A DNA stretch of 36,818 nucleotides from a virus. Its lineage: Duplodnaviria > Caudoviricetes. The position numbers and the translations under genes were made by a program. The number at the start of each line of letters is the position of its first letter. Position 1 is the stretch's first letter. Location of the stretch: positions 1 through 36,818 of IMG/VR virus record IMGVR_UViG_3300007231_000016. The stretch is one strand, 5' to 3'. This document shows, one piece after another, positions 34,831 to 36,818 of this stretch. Below the pieces are notes generated by a model, which did no database searches, was not told the origin of the DNA, and saw nothing but the letters and a program-made list of their open reading frames with translations.

Positions 34831-35163
34831 ATGGCTAATACATTCAAAAACGCACGGGCTGCGGCTACTAATACTTTGGCAACTGTTTACACTGCTCCTT
34901 CTGGAGCAGCGACTGACATAGCTATTGTGTTGTTGGCGCAAGCTACTAACGTGGCTAGTGGCGCTCAAGCTGTAGATCTTTGCTGGTATGATGCGTCTGG
35001 TACAGTTAAGACTGACTTGGTTAAAGCTTTGTCGGTTCCTGAGAAAGCTGCTGTTGGTCTTATCGCTGGCAAGCTTGTGCTTGAGAGTGGGGATTATTTG
35101 CAAGTCAAGTCTACAGCTAGTTCCCTTATAGAACTGTCAGTTTCTGTATTAGAAATTACCTGA
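34831..35163 (+). CDS. Small beta-rich virion protein
   Basis: AGGAG RBS. MANTFKN...YTAP...KLVLESGD...VSVLEIT. Confidence 0.6.
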   Translation: MANTFKNARAAATNTLATVYTAPSGAATDIAIVLLAQATNVASGAQAVDLCWYDASGTVKTDLVKALSVPEKAAVGLIAGKLVLESGDYLQVKSTASSLIELSVSVLEIT

Positions 35164-35166
35164 TCT

Positions 35167-36123
35167 GTGACAGGTATAACAGCGGGTAGAACGTGGAGTA
35201 GGATTGGGCCGGAGGTGGCTCCTACTTCTAGTGCTGCGTCTGGGGTGTGGACTCTTCAAGAGGCCGCAGAGAATCAGGGGGCTAGTACATGGCCTCAACC
35301 TGTTTACTATCCAGTAGCTACAGGCGGCACCGTTACAGATGCTGGCGGATATCGGTACCACACGTTCACAGCTTCAGGCAATTTCGTCGTCTCTAGTGGT
35401 GGCAGTGACGTAGACATTATGTGCATTTCCGGTGGTGGCGGCGGCGGAGGCGGTCAAAACTTCCACGCTCCGGGAGCTGGTGGCGGAGCAGGAGGAATGC
35501 TGCAAATTGACGCACAAACTATAACGGCCGCAAGTTACACCGTAACAATCGGCGGCGGCGGTAATGGTGGTACCGCAAACGGTGGCGGTATAGCCGGGAC
35601 AGATTCAACAGTTAGCACGCTTGCGACTACCTCAAACGGCGGCGGCGGCGGCGGTGCCGGTTCTCAAACTAACCCGGCGAATTTAGCTGGTGGATCAGCG
35701 GGCGGAGCCACAAAAAACCAAACAGGCGGAAGCGCTACACCCGCCGGACAAGGTAACGACGGCGGCGATGGCGGAAGCGATTCGGCGGGCGGCGGAGGAG
35801 GTGCATTTGCAGCAGGTACTAACGGCAGCGGATACACCGCTGGCCCCGGCGGAAACGGCATTAATTGGAAAAGTCTCGGGACAACGTACGCCGGAGGCGG
35901 CGGAGGGTCGAGCAACTCAAACACCTCAGGTTTCGGAACAAATGGAAACGGAGTCGGTGGCACTGGTGGCGGCGGTAATGGCTATTACGGCGATAACCCC
36001 TCACAGACAAACGGTGACGCAAACACTGGCGGCGGCGGCGGCGGAATCTATGAATTTATAGGCTCTGGACAAACCGGAGCAAAAGGCGGATCGGGAATTG
36101 TGATTATTCGGTACCCCCTCTAG
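35167..36123 (+). CDS. Glycine-rich tail fibre / receptor-binding protein
   Basis: ATGGTVT..GGYRYHTFT.SG, many poly-Gly runs, GGSGIVIIRY C-terminus. Confidence 0.75.
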   Translation: MTGITAGRTWSRIGPEVAPTSSAASGVWTLQEAAENQGASTWPQPVYYPVATGGTVTDAGGYRYHTFTASGNFVVSSGGSDVDIMCISGGGGGGGGQNFHAPGAGGGAGGMLQIDAQTITAASYTVTIGGGGNGGTANGGGIAGTDSTVSTLATTSNGGGGGGAGSQTNPANLAGGSAGGATKNQTGGSATPAGQGNDGGDGGSDSAGGGGGAFAAGTNGSGYTAGPGGNGINWKSLGTTYAGGGGGSSNSNTSGFGTNGNGVGGTGGGGNGYYGDNPSQTNGDANTGGGGGGIYEFIGSGQTGAKGGSGIVIIRYPL

Positions 36124-36135
36124 GAGCATTTATTA

Positions 36136-36474
36136 ATGGCACATTTTGCGGAAATAGACAGCGACAACAAAGTGATAAGGGTCTTAGTTGTCAGCAACGA
36201 CGACGAACACCGAGGCCAAGAGTTTTTGGCCCAGGATTTAGGTTTGGGTGGGACTTGGATTCAAACTTCTTATAACAACAACATCCGTAAGCAATACGCC
36301 GGGATCGGTTTTAGCTACGACGAAACAGCCGACGTATTTATAGCGCCTCAACCTTTTGAGTCATGGACCTTAGACGGCAACCACGACTGGCAACCACCAA
36401 CACCACGCCCCGATGGTGATTTCTATTGGGACGAAGACACACAAACTTGGCAAGAACTAGAAGAGGGTGAGTGA
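36136..36474 (+). CDS. Conserved partner of Gly-rich fibre proteins (possible chaperone)
   Basis: AGGAG RBS. MAHFAEID...WIQTSYN..IRKQYAGIG..YD...D.FI.PQP..SW. Confidence 0.6.
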   Translation: MAHFAEIDSDNKVIRVLVVSNDDEHRGQEFLAQDLGLGGTWIQTSYNNNIRKQYAGIGFSYDETADVFIAPQPFESWTLDGNHDWQPPTPRPDGDFYWDEDTQTWQELEEGE

Positions 36475-36818
36475 TGGTTGGTTATGGTGAGAATGGGTCT
36501 GTTGTAGGCCCCCAAAATTTGCCGACTAGTTCGGTGGCTTCTGGTGTGTGGTCTTTGGGTGAGGTGGCTGAATCTTCACGGGATTCGATCTGGCCTCAAC
36601 CGGCACAGTCAGCGTTTGAGTACATCACTGGTGTTACAGGTGACGGGTCAACCGCTAATTATTCGTTTACTAGCTTGCCGACAACCTACAAAACACTTCG
36701 CATTGTCATACAGGCGAGAGATACGAGCACTCAGTATCGACCAATCATCAGAGTCAATAACAATGGAACTAGCTATTACCGGGTTGCGCAGATGATTGCA
36801 ACTAACGCTAACTACTCT
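36474..36818 (+). CDS. N-terminal part of tail-fibre-associated protein, runs off the end and continues at 1..284
   Basis: TGATG coupling, 115 open codons: MVGYGENGSVVGPQNLPTSSVASGVWSL...AFEYITG...LPTTYKTL. Confidence 0.75.
   Translation, partial: MVGYGENGSVVGPQNLPTSSVASGVWSLGEVAESSRDSIWPQPAQSAFEYITGVTGDGSTANYSFTSLPTTYKTLRIVIQARDTSTQYRPIIRVNNNGTSYYRVAQMIATNANYS

Noticed and set aside
35430-36050. GGC runs as microsatellites or phase-variation tracts
   Set aside because: Explained by poly-glycine coding.
36544-36795. 83-aa ORF from the track
   Set aside because: Wrong frame. The frame from ATG 36474 is coupled to the upstream gene and paralogous to fibre proteins.
1-36818. Alternative genetic code, introns or inteins
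   Set aside because: Genes tile tightly under the standard code using all three stops, and terminase, portal and capsid are uninterrupted.

Overview
The window looks like an essentially complete, circularly permuted ~36.8 kb tailed-phage genome with podovirus-like architecture (no tape measure, large internal-virion/ejection proteins, N4-gp56-like capsid). WhiB, an actinobacterial-type SSB, an r1t-type holin and an amidase endolysin point to an actinobacterial host, probably aquatic (inference). The minus-strand early/middle arm (16664 to 8307) encodes a GP88-like protein, a lytic transglycosylase, a Cas4-like exonuclease, a Rad52-like annealase, SSB, three ribbon-helix-helix-like proteins, a resolvase, a C5 methyltransferase and WhiB. 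The plus-strand late arm (17922 to 36818, continuing 1 to 8175) encodes terminase, portal, ejection proteins, scaffold, capsid, tail fibres, lysis genes, tail tube proteins, an exonuclease and a PAPS-reductase-like enzyme. No integrase, polymerase, helicase, primase, tRNA or CRISPR was recognised. The strongest leads are: (1) a triple-hairpin RNA at the end of the early arm whose loops are complementary to the leaders/RBS of the first early genes; (2) an unannotated 40-aa peptide resembling the redox-active C-terminal tail of actinobacterial ribonucleotide reductase alpha; (3) a 172-aa ORF nested in the +1 frame of the methyltransferase gene. All family assignments come from motif recognition by eye, not database searches.
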